From Eledone cirrhosa (Eukaryota), in the NCBI GenBank assembly GCA_964016885.1, contig OZ024742.1, forward strand, positions 102,548,001 through 102,612,000: a DNA stretch of 64,000 nt. The letters are read 5' to 3'. How positions within the stretch are numbered: position 1 is the first letter of the stretch; every line of letters starts with the position of its first letter. Shown piece after piece: positions 14,410 to 33,525 of this stretch. Below the pieces are notes generated by a model. It was not told where the DNA came from and did no database searches. It saw only the letters and a program-made list of their open reading frames with translations. The translations under genes and the position numbers were made by a program.

Positions 14410-14937
14410 TAATATTATTCAAAATATTAATAAATGAGAAATATCATAACCATGGTGTTATATATATATATATATGGAGAGAGAGGGGGGGGGATCAGGA
14501 TTATATATACCAGTTTTAAACTAGCGAGACCATAATTCAGTAGAGTACTCGATAGTAGAGAGTGTAAATATAGTAGAGAATCAGGGCCCGACGGCTGAGC
14601 TCTTGCCGTTTGACAGTAAATTCAAGAGTCTGGAACGTGTTGTCGAAACAGCAAGAGTTCAACTGTCGGGCATATATATATATATATACATGTTTCTGTC
14701 TCTCTGCCTCCCCCCTCCCTATCTCTCTCTCTGTAGAGGTAACCGAGTGTGTGTAAATGTGTATATAAATTTACACATTGAGAATTTAGACATCTAAACA
14801 TACTCAATTTTAATATACACTTGTGTGTGTGTGTACATACATGTATACAGACACACACTCACACATACAGACACACACTCACACATACAGACAGACACAC
14901 ACACACACACACATGCACACACACACACGCACACACG

Positions 14938-14987
<50 letters not shown>

Positions 14988-15298
14988 CACACGCGCGCGC
15001 CCCATTTGGGATTGCAGCAGTCCTACAACTGATTCTACTGGGATATTACGACGGGAAATGAAATATAAGGGAACTGGATGGAAGGGGACTCTTTACCCTT
15101 CTTTCTTTCTCCTCTTTCTCTCTCCTTATCTCACTCTCTCTCTTACCTACATCTCTGTCTCTCTCTCTCTATCTTTCTCAATCTATTAATCTATTATCTC
15201 TCTCTCTATCTCTTTCCCTCTCTCTCCTCCTCTCTCTTTCTCACTCTCTCTCGCTATTTCTCTCCCTCTCTCTCCCTCTCTTTCCTCCGCCACCTCTG

Positions 15299-15356
<58 letters not shown>

Positions 15357-15484
15357 ATTCGATCTATCTATCTATCTATCTACCTACCTATCTACCTATC
15401 CCTCGCTCACTCTCTTTTTCTTTTCATCACCATCTCTGTCTCTCTCCCCCTCTCTCCCTCGTTACACTTCCTTCTCAGTCTCTT

Positions 15485-15573
<89 letters not shown>

Positions 15574-15699
15574 TTCTATCAATCTATTTATCACTCTCTC
15601 CCTCTCCCTCACCCTCTCTTCCGGTCGGACGTACTATTATTACAAAAGCATCATCATCATCATCATTAAGCTCAATATCATTATCGTCTTCATTATCAT

Positions 15700-16560
15700 C
15701 ATAGTGGTGGTGGTGGTGGTGGTGGTGGTGTTGATGGTGTTGGAGGTGGTGGTGGTGGTGGTGGTGGTGGCGGTGGCGGTGGTGGTGGTGGTGGTGGTGG
15801 TGGTGGTGGTGGTGATGGTGGTGGTGGTATGGTGGTGATGATGTTCATCATCATCATCGTCATCATCATCGTCGTCTTTGTCGTCGTCATCATCATTATA
15901 GTTATTATCTCTGTTTTCGTTATCATCATCATCATCATTAACGTCACCATTATTGTCAGCGTCACCTTACTCTCCCTCCTCCCCCTACTCCACATCACCA
16001 TCATTACCACCACCACTACCACCACCACTACCACCACCACCACTACCACCACCACCACTATCACCACCACCATCACTACCACCACCACTATCACCACCAC
16101 CACCACCACCACCACCACCATACCACCACCACCACCACTATCACCACCACCATCACTATCACCACTACCACCACTACCACCACCACCGATACCACCACCA
16201 CTATCACCACCACCACCACCACCACCATACCACCACCACCACCACTACCACCACCACCACTATCACCACCACCATCACTACCACCACCACTATCACCACC
16301 ACCATCACTATCACCACCACCACCACTACCACCACCACCGATACCACCACCACTATCACCACCACCACCACCACCACCACCACCATACCACCACCACCAC
16401 CACTATCACCACCACCATCACTATCACCACCACTACCACCACCATACCACCACCACCACCACTACCACCACCACCAACATCATCACCACCATACCACCAC
16501 CAACACCACCACCACCACCACAATCATCATCATCATCATCGCTATAATCAACACTATCAA
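15700..16560. repeat. (GGT)n, (ATC)n, (ACC)n compound array
   Basis: Read directly. The strand polarity flips within the array. Confidence 0.9.
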
Positions 16561-16749
16561 CACTATCAGCCCTCTCTTCCCCTGCCCCTAGCCACACCCT
16601 ATCGTGTAAGGGATCTTCTATTCAGTAGTGTTGTCCAGGGAACCCCACCATGCCCGGGAACAAAGCTGGGAAGGTCATAGATGGAATGTCTTTGATCATT
16701 CGGCAGCTGGAACTAAACAGCATTAACAAATACAATAACAAATAATCTT

Positions 16750-17219
16750 CTTGTTGTTGTTGTAGTTGTTATTGTAGTTGTTGTTGTTGCTGTTGCTCTT
16801 GTTGTTGTTGTTGTTGTTGTTGTTGTTGCTTTTGTTGTTGTTGTTTTGTTGTAGTTGTTGTTGTTGTTGTAGTTGTTGTTGTAGTTGTTATTGTTGTTGT
16901 TGTTTTGTTGTAGTTGTTGTTGTAGTTGTTATTGTTGTTGTTGCTCTTGTTGTTGTTGTTGTTGTTGTAGTTGTTGTTGCTCTTGTTGTTGTTGTTGTTG
17001 TTGTTGTAGTTGTTGTTGTTGTTGTTGTTGTTCTTGTTGTTGTTGTTGTTGTTGTAGTTGTTATTGTTGTTGTTGCTCTTGTTGTTGTTGTTGTTGTTGC
17101 TGTAGTTGTTGTTGTTGTTGTAGTTGTTATTGTTGTTGTTGTAGTTGTTATTGTAGTTGTTGTTGTTGCTGTTGCTCTTGTTGTTGTTGCTGTAGTAGTT
17201 GTTGTTGTTGCTGTTGCTC

Positions 17220-17257
<38 letters not shown>

Positions 17258-17372
17258 GCTTTTGTTGTTGTTGTCGTCGTTGTAGTTGTTGTTGTTGTTG
17301 TAGTTGTTGTTGTTGTTGTTGTTGTTGTTGCTGTTGCTTTTGTTGTTGTTGTTGTTGTTGCTGCTGTTGCTT

Positions 17373-17404
<32 letters not shown>

Positions 17405-17603
17405 GCTGTTGTTGTTGTTGTTGTTGTTGTTGTTGCTGCTGTTGCTTTTGTTGTTGTTGTTGTAGTTGTTGTTGTTGTTGTTGTTGTTGCTTTTGTTGTT
17501 GTTGTTGTTGTTGTTGCTGCTGCTGTTGCTTTTGTTGTTGTTACTGTTGTTGCTGTAGTTGTTATTGTTGTTGTTGTTGTTGCTGCTGCTGCTGGTGTTG
17601 CTT

Positions 17604-17656
<53 letters not shown>

Positions 17657-17732
17657 ATTGTTGTTGTTGTTGTTATTGTGGTTGTTGTTACTGTTGTTGC
17701 TGTAGTTGTTATTGTTGTTGTTGTTGCTGTAG

Positions 17733-17767
<35 letters not shown>

Positions 17768-18080
17768 GCTGCTGCTGTATTTGTTATTGTTATTGTTGTT
17801 GTTGCTGCTGCTTTTGTTGCCATAGTTGTTTTGTTGTTGTTGTTGTTACTGTTGCTGTTATTGTTGTTACTGCTTTTGTCGTCGTTGTTGTCAATGTTGT
17901 TGTAATTGTTGTTATTGCTGTTGTTGTTGATATTATTATTACTATTGTAGTTGTTATTGCTGTCGTTCCTGTTATTATAGTTATTGTTGTTGTTGTTGCT
18001 GTAGTTGTTACTATTGTTGTTATTGTTGCTGTTGCTGTTATTATTGTTGTTGCTGTTGCTGTAGATGTTGCTGTTGTAGT
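16750..18080. repeat. (GTT)n array
   Basis: Read directly. Confidence 0.95.
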
Positions 18081-18305
18081 TTAGCTCTTTACGAGCCCCC
18101 ATTATACCGACCCCTGATTAATGACCTTCCAGTCGTGGCTATCCCAACTACTATATCGGAGGACATTCATTTTGCTATTACAGTAAATTGTGATTTGGTG
18201 ACGATTCTGCTGCTATTTCTAGCAGATGAAGTGATCACATAAAGGCTCTCCCCATGGTGGTAGTGGTGGTGGTGAGGGTAATAATGAAACTGGTGGGGTG
18301 GCATT

Positions 18306-18367
<62 letters not shown>

Positions 18368-19404
18368 TTGTTTATTGTTGTTTAGCCCCAGGTCAATATT
18401 CATTGAGTAAACCTATGCTCAAACGTAAAACGTGTTCTAACCGATTTTTTCAAGGGCGTTAGATGTAGTGGTGGTGGTGGTGGTGGTAGTGGTGGTGGTG
18501 TTGGTGACGGTGGCAGTGGTGGTGATAGTTATGGTGGTGGTGGTAGTGGTAGTTGTAGTGGTGGTGGTGGTAGTGGTAGTTGTAGTGGTGGTGGTAGTGG
18601 TGGTGGTAGTGGTGACGGTGGCAGTGGTGGTGATAGTTATGGTGGTGGTGGTAGTGGTAGTTGTAGTGGTGGTGGTAGTGGTAGTGGTGGTGGTAGGTTT
18701 ACATTATGTAATGTGTCCTTTAGTTATGACGGTAGGGCGTGGTTTGAGGGAGATTTCACTGATACTTTCTAGCAGATCAAGATGCCTTATAGGGGCTCCC
18801 TCGTTAGTACTGGTTATTGTAGTGTTGCTGGTGGTGGTGTTGGTAATGATGGTGGTGATGGTGGTGGTGATGGTGATGGTGGTGGTATAGGTAGTGCTGA
18901 TGGTGGTGGTAGTGGTAGTGGTAATGGTGGTGGTGGTAGTTGTGGTGGTGGTACGGGTGATGATAGTAGTGGTGGTGGTGATGGTGATGGTAGTAGTGGT
19001 GCTAGTGGTGATGGTGGTAGTGATGGTGGTGGTAGTGGTGATGGTGGTGGTGGTGATGATAGTAGTGGTGGTGGTGATGGTGATGGTAGTAGTGGTGGTG
19101 GTGGTGGTGATGGTAGTAGTGGTGGTAGTGGTGATGGTGGTGGTGATGCTGGTGGTGGTGGTGGTAGTGGTGATGGTGGTGTTGATAGTGGTGATGATAG
19201 TAGTGGTGGTGGTGATGGTGATGGTAGTAGTGGTGGTGGTGGTGGTGATGGTGCTGGTGGTGCTGGTGGTGATGGTAGTAGTGGTGGTGGTGATGGTGAT
19301 GTTAGTAGTGGTGGTGGTAGTGGTGAAGGTGTTTGTTGTGATGATAGTGGTAGTAGTGGTATTGGTGGTGGTGGTGGTGGTTGTGGTGGTGGTTGTGGTA
19401 ATGG

Positions 19405-19435
<31 letters not shown>

Positions 19436-20710
19436 GGTGGTGGTGGTGGTAGTAATGGTGGTGGTGGTGGTGGTGTTTGTTCAGTCCCAGGCCAATCTCT
19501 ATCGAACCGACCTATAATGAAAGGCGTCTCGACCGAGACCATCCCGACATTTTCCAAATGACAGAGAACCCAAAACCTCAATATTGAACGGGCCGTTTGT
19601 CTGCTATTTCAAGCAGGCCGAGAAACCACCTAGAGGTCTTTTGATTTGCCCAGTGTTTGCGGTTTGTTATTTGTGATAGTAATAGGGGCGGGGAGGGTAA
19701 TGAAAGAGCGAAAGTGAGAGATGGGGGCTAAGGTGGGGGTGGGGAAGTGGGGGATAGAGGGATGACACTAGCAGAGAAGGCAGTAACCATGACAACGTAC
19801 ATCACAGACCCCTCCCCTTCGCGGCCCACACACTTACTCCGTAATGGTCAGGTCGTTACGACTTGTAACAAAAAGTGGAACTGGGAGGGTAGGAAATAAT
19901 CGCTGTTGATGTTGGTATTGATGATGATGGTGATGATGGTGTTGATGGTATTGGTGGTGATGGTGGTGATGAGGATGATGGTGGTGGTAGTGGTGGTGAT
20001 AATAGTGTTATTGATGATGGTAGTGATGGTGATGGTGTTGATGATGATGATGGTAGTGATGGTGTTGGTGATGGTGGTGATGATGGTGGTGGTAGTGGTG
20101 GTGATAATAGTGTTATTGATGATGGTAGTGATGGTGATGGTGGTGGTGGTGGTGGTGGTAATGATGGTGACGTTTATGATGATGGTGATAATTATGATGC
20201 TACTGATGGTAATGGTGGTGGTAGTTTTCTAATCGAACTGTTATAATGGTGGTCGTGACATTTTTGTTATTGTTGTTGTTTTGTCCCAGGTCAGACCAGA
20301 TCAAGTAGACCTATCTATGATCAAAGACATTCCAGCCGTGACAAATTCGTTTTATTTTCAGACTTAGTTTAATCTCAGAATATATAATCTAATAAGTCCT
20401 TAACTTTTTTCAAGACAATGAAAGTGTGATATGAGGGAGATTTGGCTGCTATTTCTAACAGGCTTAACGACCATATTCACGTTGATGTTGATGTTGTTAT
20501 TGTTGTTTGTTTAGTCCTTCGCCCTCACCCCTCTCCCATATCTAGGTCAATTTATTATGAGAGACATTCCAACCATGACCATCCAATCTTTTTATACAGT
20601 ATCTAAAGTAAATAATATTACGTGTTCCTCTCTTTTTAAAACAGTAGTTGTTTGAGAAGGATTTAGCTGTTGTTTCTAAAAGGTTGATCCATCACATATA
20701 CTGTCTCGTT
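18080..20710 (-). mobile_element. Several decayed copies of an (AAC)n-tailed interspersed repeat
   Basis: CCCAGGTCA..GACCTAT..CATTCCAGCC..GGGAGATTTGGCTGCTATTTCTAAC recurs at ~18080-18255, 18380-18805 (split by GGT), 19480-19640, 20270-20480 and 20510-20710. Also at 33620-33820 and, inverted, at 16600-16740. Confidence 0.6.
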
Positions 20711-20723
20711 AGTTAGTGATAAT

Positions 20724-21040
20724 AATGGTTTCTGATTTAGACACAAGGCCAACAATTTTTTGTGGGGGTGGAGGGGAAAGCTAGTTTAATCACACTAGTT
20801 CATTACTGGTACTTTATTTTAACGACCCCACTAGAGATGAAAGCTAACCTCGGCTGAATTTAAACTCAGATAATGGTTCCTGATTTAGGCACAAGGCTAA
20901 TAGCTTTGGGGGAGGGGAAAGTCGATTAAATCGACCTCAGTTCATTACTGGTACTTTATTTTACCGACCCCATAAGGATGAAAGAAAAGGTAACCACGGC
21001 GGGACTTGAACTCAAAACGTAATGGGACGTTACCGATACT
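20724..21040 (-). mobile_element. Two tandem SINE copies
   Basis: 20724-20870 (partial) and 20871-21040. Confidence 0.8.
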
Positions 21041-21049
21041 GTAATAATA

Positions 21050-24600
<3,551 letters not shown>

Positions 24601-24871
24601 CAACTACAATGTATGTAATACTGAGGTCGATAGCTATCCATTGTTGACCTGTATTTCTTATGTCAGACGCTATGTCAACACACACGTGCACGCACACACA
24701 GACGCACAGATGCACATACAAACACGCATACACACACACTCACACGCATAAGTATTCACATACACGCACCCTCTCAAACAAAGGAGAAAGTAAATATTGA
24801 ATAAGCACACTCACATACACACATACATACACATTCATATATACATACATACAAACATACATATATATTTA

Positions 24872-24918
<47 letters not shown>

Positions 24919-24949
24919 TATATATATTATATATATATATATATATAAC

Positions 24950-25400
<451 letters not shown>

Positions 25401-25404
25401 CACA

Positions 25405-25489
<85 letters not shown>

Positions 25490-25845
25490 GTATATCATGT
25501 GTTCAAACAAATATTGTCATATTTGGGGAGGGTCATATTGTTATAATATATTGCCAGAAATAATAATAAAACACACACACTGTTTGGTTTGGAATGGTTT
25601 TCGCTTCTGTATATTTTATATCTCTATAGTCAATTTAGCTGGCAGTCAATGTTTATCATTGATTGGCCACGGTTAAAAAATATATATATGTATATATATA
25701 TACGTATATATATAATTGTGTAGGACACAAGGATATAGAGAGTGCTCACAAGGTAGGAAGCCAAACTCGCACGTGGTGAAGAATCTGCTAAAAGCCAAAC
25801 TTCTACGTAGTGAAAAGAATCTGCTGACCGTTGCTGGAGACGTAT

Positions 25846-25986
25846 ATAGTGGTGGAACAATGGAAGGTAATATCCGTAGTGGTAGAGCAATGAGTCCATG
25901 CGACGAGTTAGGTAGAAGTGGTTACGCAACAGTTAGTTCACCATACCGAGAACAATTGTTTCACCTTACCGGATCCTCAGCTCGTA
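25846..25986 (-). mobile_element. Family B copy with hammerhead (25947-25984)
   Basis: CGAG-CTGAGGA-tccggtaaggt-GAAACAATTGTT-CTCG. Confidence 0.7.
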
Positions 25987-26194
25987 ATATATATATTTCT
26001 TTCATCACATACCTGTGACATCATCAGTTTTTACTACTATCTTTTCTCTCGTTGTATTGTAATGTCTATTCCATTTTTATTTAGGATAGGTTTTTACTCG
26101 ATTTTCTAAGCTATTAAAACGTCAAGTTACTGTTGTTTCACCAAAGTGAGCATTTGATGCGTAGTTCTCCAGTATATACTTTTGGGTTTTATAA

Positions 26195-26248
<54 letters not shown>

Positions 26249-26348
26249 CCAAATATTAATATGGTTCATTGATTACTTAATGAATATAGTTTTACAATAG
26301 ATTAAAAGCAGTCTACAATAAAGTTTTCTGGAGTTATTATTATTCAGA

Positions 26349-26610
26349 ATAATAATAAATGAAGACATTCACATAATCGAAATATATGTTTTATTATATA
26401 TATTTCGAAGGTACTGTGCTGTTTTTTCAGTACGTCCTCGTCAGCTAAAATACATGAATTGATGTACGACATACCTCAACTGTCTTGATGGTTCAATTCC
26501 AATATTGGCAATCATGACGAGGACGTACTGAAAAAACAGCACAGTACCTTCGAAGTATATATAATAAAACAGATATTTTGATTATGTGAATGTCTTCATT
26601 TATTATTATT
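26349..26610 (-). mobile_element. Family E fold-back with hammerhead motif
   Basis: ~95-bp inverted arms. The minus strand reads CTGACGA-gg..GTACTG..CAGTAC..c-GAAA-TATATA-TA. Confidence 0.65.
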
Positions 26611-26632
26611 ATGAATAATATATATACATATA

Positions 26633-26938
<306 letters not shown>

Positions 26939-26976
26939 ATATACATGGGTGTGTATGATTGTGTATAGAAGATTAT

Positions 26977-27291
26977 ATTAATAAGAGGAATTCCAACTTT
27001 GTCTGATTTACTTGTTTTATTTACAATCCTTTAAAATTTATAATGGTATTATAAGGAAATAGTATGATAGAATATTAAATTCTAAGTGTTAATTGAACAA
27101 GTACTTTCATGCTTTCGCAATTTTCTGTCACCACATATTATGAACCTGAAGATTGCGAAAGCATGAAGTTACTCGTTCAATTAACACTTAACATTTAATA
27201 TTCTATCATACTATTTCATTATAATACCATTATAAATTTTAAAGGATTGTAAATAAAACGAGTAAATCAGACAAAGTTGGAATTCCTCTTA

Positions 27292-27297
<6 letters not shown>
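26977..27297 (+). mobile_element. Family G fold-back with hammerhead motif (27141-27179)
   Basis: ~145-bp inverted arms. TGAAC-CTGAAGA-tTGCgaaaGCAt-GAAG..TC-GTTCA, and the other arm preserves GAAAGTACT. Confidence 0.7.
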
Positions 27298-27343
<46 letters not shown>

Positions 27344-27347
<4 letters not shown>

Positions 27348-27956
27348 AACGAGTAGGACCCCGACGGCTGAGCTCAAGCCGTTTCGACGGCTAATTCTGG
27401 ACTAAATGAAAATTTTTATCCTGGTATATGAATAGCCGAGGTTCTCAGGGGGTAATTCCATATATGGTAAAAGTGATTGTCACAAGGATTGGTCAAAAGT
27501 TTGTTGTTGAGACACATAATTCTATCATGGCAATTTGTGGGAGGAAGGGGTAGCTGAACCTGCCAGTAGAAGAAAGAGGGAGAGGGGGTGGAGGAAACCC
27601 AGTCGTGCGTTGATAGTGCCAACTACAGCAGGGCAGGAGGTCAAGCAAGTATACTAGAGAGGGGGGGGGGGGTCGAAACAATAAGTAAAACAATATGGGG
27701 TAAATTTATAGAAGAATATCGAGAATGTTAAAAGTATAAAAAAAAAAACATTTTACCATATATGGAATTACCCTCTGAGAAGCTCGGCTATTCATATACC
27801 AGAATAAAAATGTTCATTTAGTCTAGAATTAGCCGTCGAAACGGCTTGAGCTCAGCCGTCGGGGTCCTACTCGTTCCTATTACCCACTCTACTACCCTAA
27901 GTATTGAGTACTTTGGTGCGTTATGGTCCACCTGGTTCCTTACCACACTTCCTTCG

Positions 27957-27959
<3 letters not shown>
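27344..27959 (+). mobile_element. Family D: inverted partial repeat + spacer + full repeat with extended hammerhead-like motif
   Basis: 27344-27473 is the reverse complement of 27751-27880. Motif CCCT-CTGAGAA..CGGCTA/TAGCCG..GAAA-CGGCT-tgagctc-AGCCG-TC-GGGG. (TA)n on both sides. Confidence 0.7.
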
Positions 27960-27996
<37 letters not shown>

Positions 27997-28437
27997 ATAT
28001 ACTATATATATATATACACACACACACATATGTCGGAAATAGATAAACAATAACAATGTATGTCCTTATTTAGACAAATCACACCTCCAGACGATACAGT
28101 CAGTTAGCCCCCAAGGCCGTCCACAATCAGTCTGGAACTATCTGTTGAAGCAGCAAGATTTCAGCCGTCGGGGTTATTTAACACCTTAAATTGTATTTAA
28201 GGTGTTAGATAAAAACATTCCTCATATAACGATTACGTTATATTTAAATGGTCGTACTTGCTTGTATCTATATATGTATATTATGTATTAAGCCTGGTTA
28301 TTTTCTCAATTGATATATTTATATATATCGTTTAAAATAATGTTATACTATTGATGCTCTAAACAAAAGTTTGTTGAGTTTTTAGTGTGAAACATTATCG
28401 ATACATATTGTATAGGTATTGATTAAACCTAAAATTA

Positions 28438-28479
<42 letters not shown>

Positions 28480-28504
28480 CATACATGCACACATATATAT
28501 ATGT

Positions 28505-28870
28505 ATGTATGGATTTACCTAACATTTATTATAATGCTCGGTTTGTTTGTAAACAAACATCCCGAATTAAGCCGTTAATATGCATAAGGAAAGTATATAC
28601 TTTCAGACGTTCAATCATCTGGCAGGAAGGTATACGGTGCCGACGATAGCTAATAAGCTTGAAACTAGTACATCGTTCCTTTGCCAGTGTTGAACAAAAG
28701 GGCAACGATGGTTGCTAGACACTGTACGGCTTAATTCGGGATGTTTGTTTACAAACAAACCGAGCATTATAATAAATGTTCGGTAAATCCATACGTACAT
28801 ATATATATGTGAATGTATGTATATACATACATACTACTGTACGTCTGTATATATGTATGTACGTATACAT
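28505..28870 (+). mobile_element. Family F fold-back copy with mutated hammerhead (28635-28675)
   Basis: 28505-28575 is inverted relative to 28726-28795. The interior is homologous to 40095-40252, and the core reads CCGACGA. Confidence 0.72.
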
Positions 28871-28871
28871 A

Positions 28872-28966
<95 letters not shown>

Positions 28967-29102
28967 CATTCACAGAGAAAGCAATACTCTGACCAACTCC
29001 ATCTCACTCAACAAACATTAGGATATACCTAAGTATAATCCCAATTAAGTGTTTGGCGTGCTAACTATATAGTATTCCGTGGAAAATTGGTTGTATTATT
29101 TT

Positions 29103-29287
29103 GTGGATTGGCAGTATCGGTAGAGGATCGGACGCCATGCTTTCCAGCATAGTTACGTCCCTTTACGATCTGAGTTCAAATCCTGCCGAGGTTGACTTTG
29201 CCTTTCATCCTTACGGGGTCGATAAAATAAAGTACCAGCAATGCACTGGGTAATTGCTGGCCTTGTTCCTAAAGTAGAAACAATTAT
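29103..29287 (+). mobile_element. SINE, full copy
   Basis: Same sequence as 10219-10408. Confidence 0.88.
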
Positions 29288-29455
29288 TTTATATGAGACA
29301 TAATTAAATAAATCTCTCTTTCTTTCCATACGATCGTTTCGTTATAAGATTTTTACAAGTTGCGATAAATAATGTCCAAGTTATGTAGAAACTTGTATAT
29401 AATACATAGAAATACACACAAGCGGGTCCTTATAACTCATCAGTAGATGCCCATG

Positions 29456-29500
<45 letters not shown>

Positions 29501-29717
29501 TAAGAAAATTAACAAAGAAATGACAAGACAACGAACAGAAACAAAGCAAAACACAGCAATTAAAAACGGCGTAAACAAATATAGGGGAAAATTAGATAAA
29601 GTGTTATTTTATTCACACTTGTATGAAATGAAAAGTGTTTCCTTCGTAACGGACATTAGTACTTCATCAGCAAATAAACGAGAGTTGGCGGGAAGTTGTG
29701 AGGGAGAACTTCTTAGG

Positions 29718-29861
29718 TACCGTATTTCCCGGCGCAGAGGACGCACCCTAATTTTGACAACCAAAAATTTGAAAAAAAATAATAAACGACCAGGACGCAT
29801 GGTAGATTTTGAGACTTATTTTACGAAAAAAGTAGTGTCTTCGACGCCGGAAAATACGGTA
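29718..29861. mobile_element. pogo/Tc2-like MITE
   Basis: TA-CCGTATTTCCCGGCG ... CGCCGGAAAATACGG-TA. A related copy lies at 6386-6545. Confidence 0.82.
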
Positions 29862-30003
29862 ACTAGCCGAAACTGCCGAGCTCATGGTAGATACTCTACT
29901 TCTACTAATATAACCACTCTGCATCATACCATGTATGGAGTACTTCTTTGATTTGTGGTTTTCCCGGTCCCAATACTGCAGGCTATCAATATTCATATAT
30001 ATA

Positions 30004-30587
<584 letters not shown>

Positions 30588-30623
30588 CCGTATATATGTA
30601 TATCCGTATATATATATATATCC

Positions 30624-30703
<80 letters not shown>

Positions 30704-30763
30704 GTATATACAGATATATATATATAGAGAGAGATATATACAGATATATATATATATATATCC

Positions 30764-30890
<127 letters not shown>

Positions 30891-30945
30891 TATATACAGA
30901 TATATATATATAGAGAGAGATATATACAGATATATATATATATCC

Positions 30946-30994
<49 letters not shown>

Positions 30995-31101
30995 TATATA
31001 TATACATATATATTTATTTAAAATAAACAATATATCTTATACTGTCATTTCTCTAATATGACGAGTGTGTTTAACTCTAATACACTCAAGTATTTTTATC
31101 T

Positions 31102-31147
<46 letters not shown>

Positions 31148-31176
31148 AATATATATACATACATATACATATATAT

Positions 31177-31296
<120 letters not shown>

Positions 31297-31303
31297 TAGT
31301 AGT

Positions 31304-31339
<36 letters not shown>

Positions 31340-31380
31340 CGAAACATAAGTCAATTGCATGAACTCAAAATCCTTTATTT

Positions 31381-31436
31381 ACTGCTATATATATTTCGAT
31401 GATAGCCATTGAATGGCTATGACCTCATCAGGCAGT
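31381..31436 (-). ncRNA. Type I hammerhead ribozyme motif (family H)
   Basis: ACTGC-CTGATGA-ggtcATAGCCATtcaATGGCTATcatc-GAAA-TATATA-TA-GCAGT, in an insert between (TA)n tracts. Confidence 0.8.
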
Positions 31437-31603
31437 TATTCAGTTCTTAGATATGCCAGCTCTGTGTTTATAGTGTTGATGGTATCAGAGCCTTGGGACA
31501 TATATAAATATATATATATATGTATATATATATATAATATATATACATACATATACATATGTTATTTATTCCGGGTTGAATCGGAGTTAACCACAGTAAG
31601 TGG

Positions 31604-31700
<97 letters not shown>

Positions 31701-31779
31701 ATCTCGAGTTGCGTCAGGGTATCTACAGTTTAAAAAGTTGTTCAATACATTCAAAACATTCGGTCAGTGCCGTGTCCCG

Positions 31780-31870
31780 GCCAACCTTTACCTATGGTCA
31801 TGAATCTTGGGTAATGACCAAAAGAATACAATCTTTAATACTGGTGGACGGAATAATTTCCCTCTCGTAT
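31780..31870 (+). pseudogene. Short RTE (Rex3/Expander-like) LINE fragment
   Basis: Translation PTFTYGHESWVMTKRIQSLI resembles the RTE thumb-region motif. Confidence 0.6.
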
Positions 31871-31899
31871 ATCATGTGAAATAAATAGAGCTTCCTGAC

Positions 31900-32435
31900 A
31901 TGACGACTTTAGATTATCCAGGTGTCGCTACCATAGTGGTTCCAAGCTTTTCCCAAATGCAGAGCTGGGTCTGGATGTTTTGTACTCTATTTCTTCATCA
32001 ATATTTTCTGTTTTAGCTAGATTGTTACCTAGGTAGACGAAGTTGTCAAGAACTGGGTTGGGTTGGGTTGGTGCATTATTTTTTTTTCTTTTGTGCTTAT
32101 AGTGAGACCAAGCTTGCTTTCATGACACTTTCTGAACTAGCATTGAGGACATAATCATCAGCAAACAAAAAGTCTTGAGCTATGTCTACCTTGACATATC
32201 TCTTGCACTTGAGTCTTTTCAGATTAAAGATGCCACCTTCATAAATTTGTATCTGATACCTATACCCATGTTCGTGTCTCTGTGAATGCCAGAAAGCATA
32301 GCAGAGAAAACCCCCAAAAAATGTTGGCGCTATAACGCAACTCTGTTTTACTCTACTGCTAAATGGGAATGGTTCAGTAAACTCTCCATCATCTTGTACA
32401 ATTGCAAACATTCCTTCGTAGAATTGCCAGACCAT
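31900..32435 (-). pseudogene. Degenerate RTE-clade LINE reverse transcriptase fragment
   Basis: EPFPFSSRVKQSCVIAPTFF, GIFNLKRLK, FLFADD and a downstream VYLG, with frameshifts and stops. Confidence 0.85.
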
Positions 32436-32504
32436 TGAATTTTGACGGTTCTTTAAAAAGCATTGGATAGTTTAATAATGCACAGAATGTATGCCTGTAT
32501 GTAA

Positions 32505-32883
32505 GGGTGGAAGAACTCATAAGAGTGAACGGCCATCCGAAAGTGTGTAAATATGTATATACACATGTACCGTGTGGTTAAACCACTGAGAGTGAAGGAC
32601 CCCTAGCCTTTGTCAGGGCATTCTTCTAGTGGAAGGCAACTCAGGAAACTGGGATAACTCAGATATAAAAGCTGCGGCTCAGTAGTTACCGATGACGTTG
32701 ATCTTTTCTTCTTTTCGGCTTATAGCTACTGTCGCTCAGAGAGTGGGATTGGCTCAGTGCACAGTCTCTCCTCACTTTATAAAATATCTTCATGCACAGG
32801 CATTGCACGATAGAATTAATTAATAATTATTAATAAGGGTATATCGTGAAATGGCCATACTCGATAACGAGGGGGCAGCCATC
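32505..32883 (+). mobile_element. RTE-derived non-autonomous element subfamily 2, 5'-truncated
   Basis: Near-identical to 48130-48510. Confidence 0.75.
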
Positions 32884-33039
32884 ATATATGTATGTATGGT
32901 ACCGTAACTCCTGAGGAGTCGTAGGGGTGCCATATTGACATACGGCGGAACCCATCTCTTCTCCGAGCATGAATACAGTAGATTTCTTCCAGAGAAAGAT
33001 AGAGAGAGTGAGAAAGAGATATAGAGGAAGAATCAACCC

Positions 33040-33525
33040 CAATACTAGACTGGTACTTTTTTTATCGACCTCGAAAGGATGAAAGGTTTAGTTGACCTCG
33101 ACGGGATGTGAACTTAGAGAGCATGGAGCCGGAACGAATACTGCAATGTGTTCTATCCGACGTTCTAACCACTATGCCAATTCTCAGCCTTATGCACAGA
33201 ATAAGTTTCAATACATCAACATTTAAGATTCATGTTTATAACGATGAAATCATGGACATTCTAATGATGTGTCTTCTGATGAAGTTGGAACCTGAATTGT
33301 GAGATGGATGATAATTGGCAGTATCGGTAGTTCGTCGGACAACATGCTTAGTGGCATAGAGTTACGGCTCTTTACGTTCTGAGTTCAAATCCTACCGATG
33401 TTAACTTTGTCTTTCATCCTTCACGGTGTCAATAAAATAAACTACCAGTGATGCACTGGGTCGATATATTCGACTTTACCCTCCCCCAAAATTGCTGGTA
33501 TTGTGCCTATATTAGAAATCAATAT
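33040..33525. mobile_element. Two SINE copies, head to head
   Basis: 33040-33190 (-) and 33310-33525 (+). Confidence 0.75.

Noticed and set aside
19783-19796. RFX X-box-like GTAACCATGACAAC
   Set aside because: A single motif with no linked gene, which cannot be distinguished from chance.
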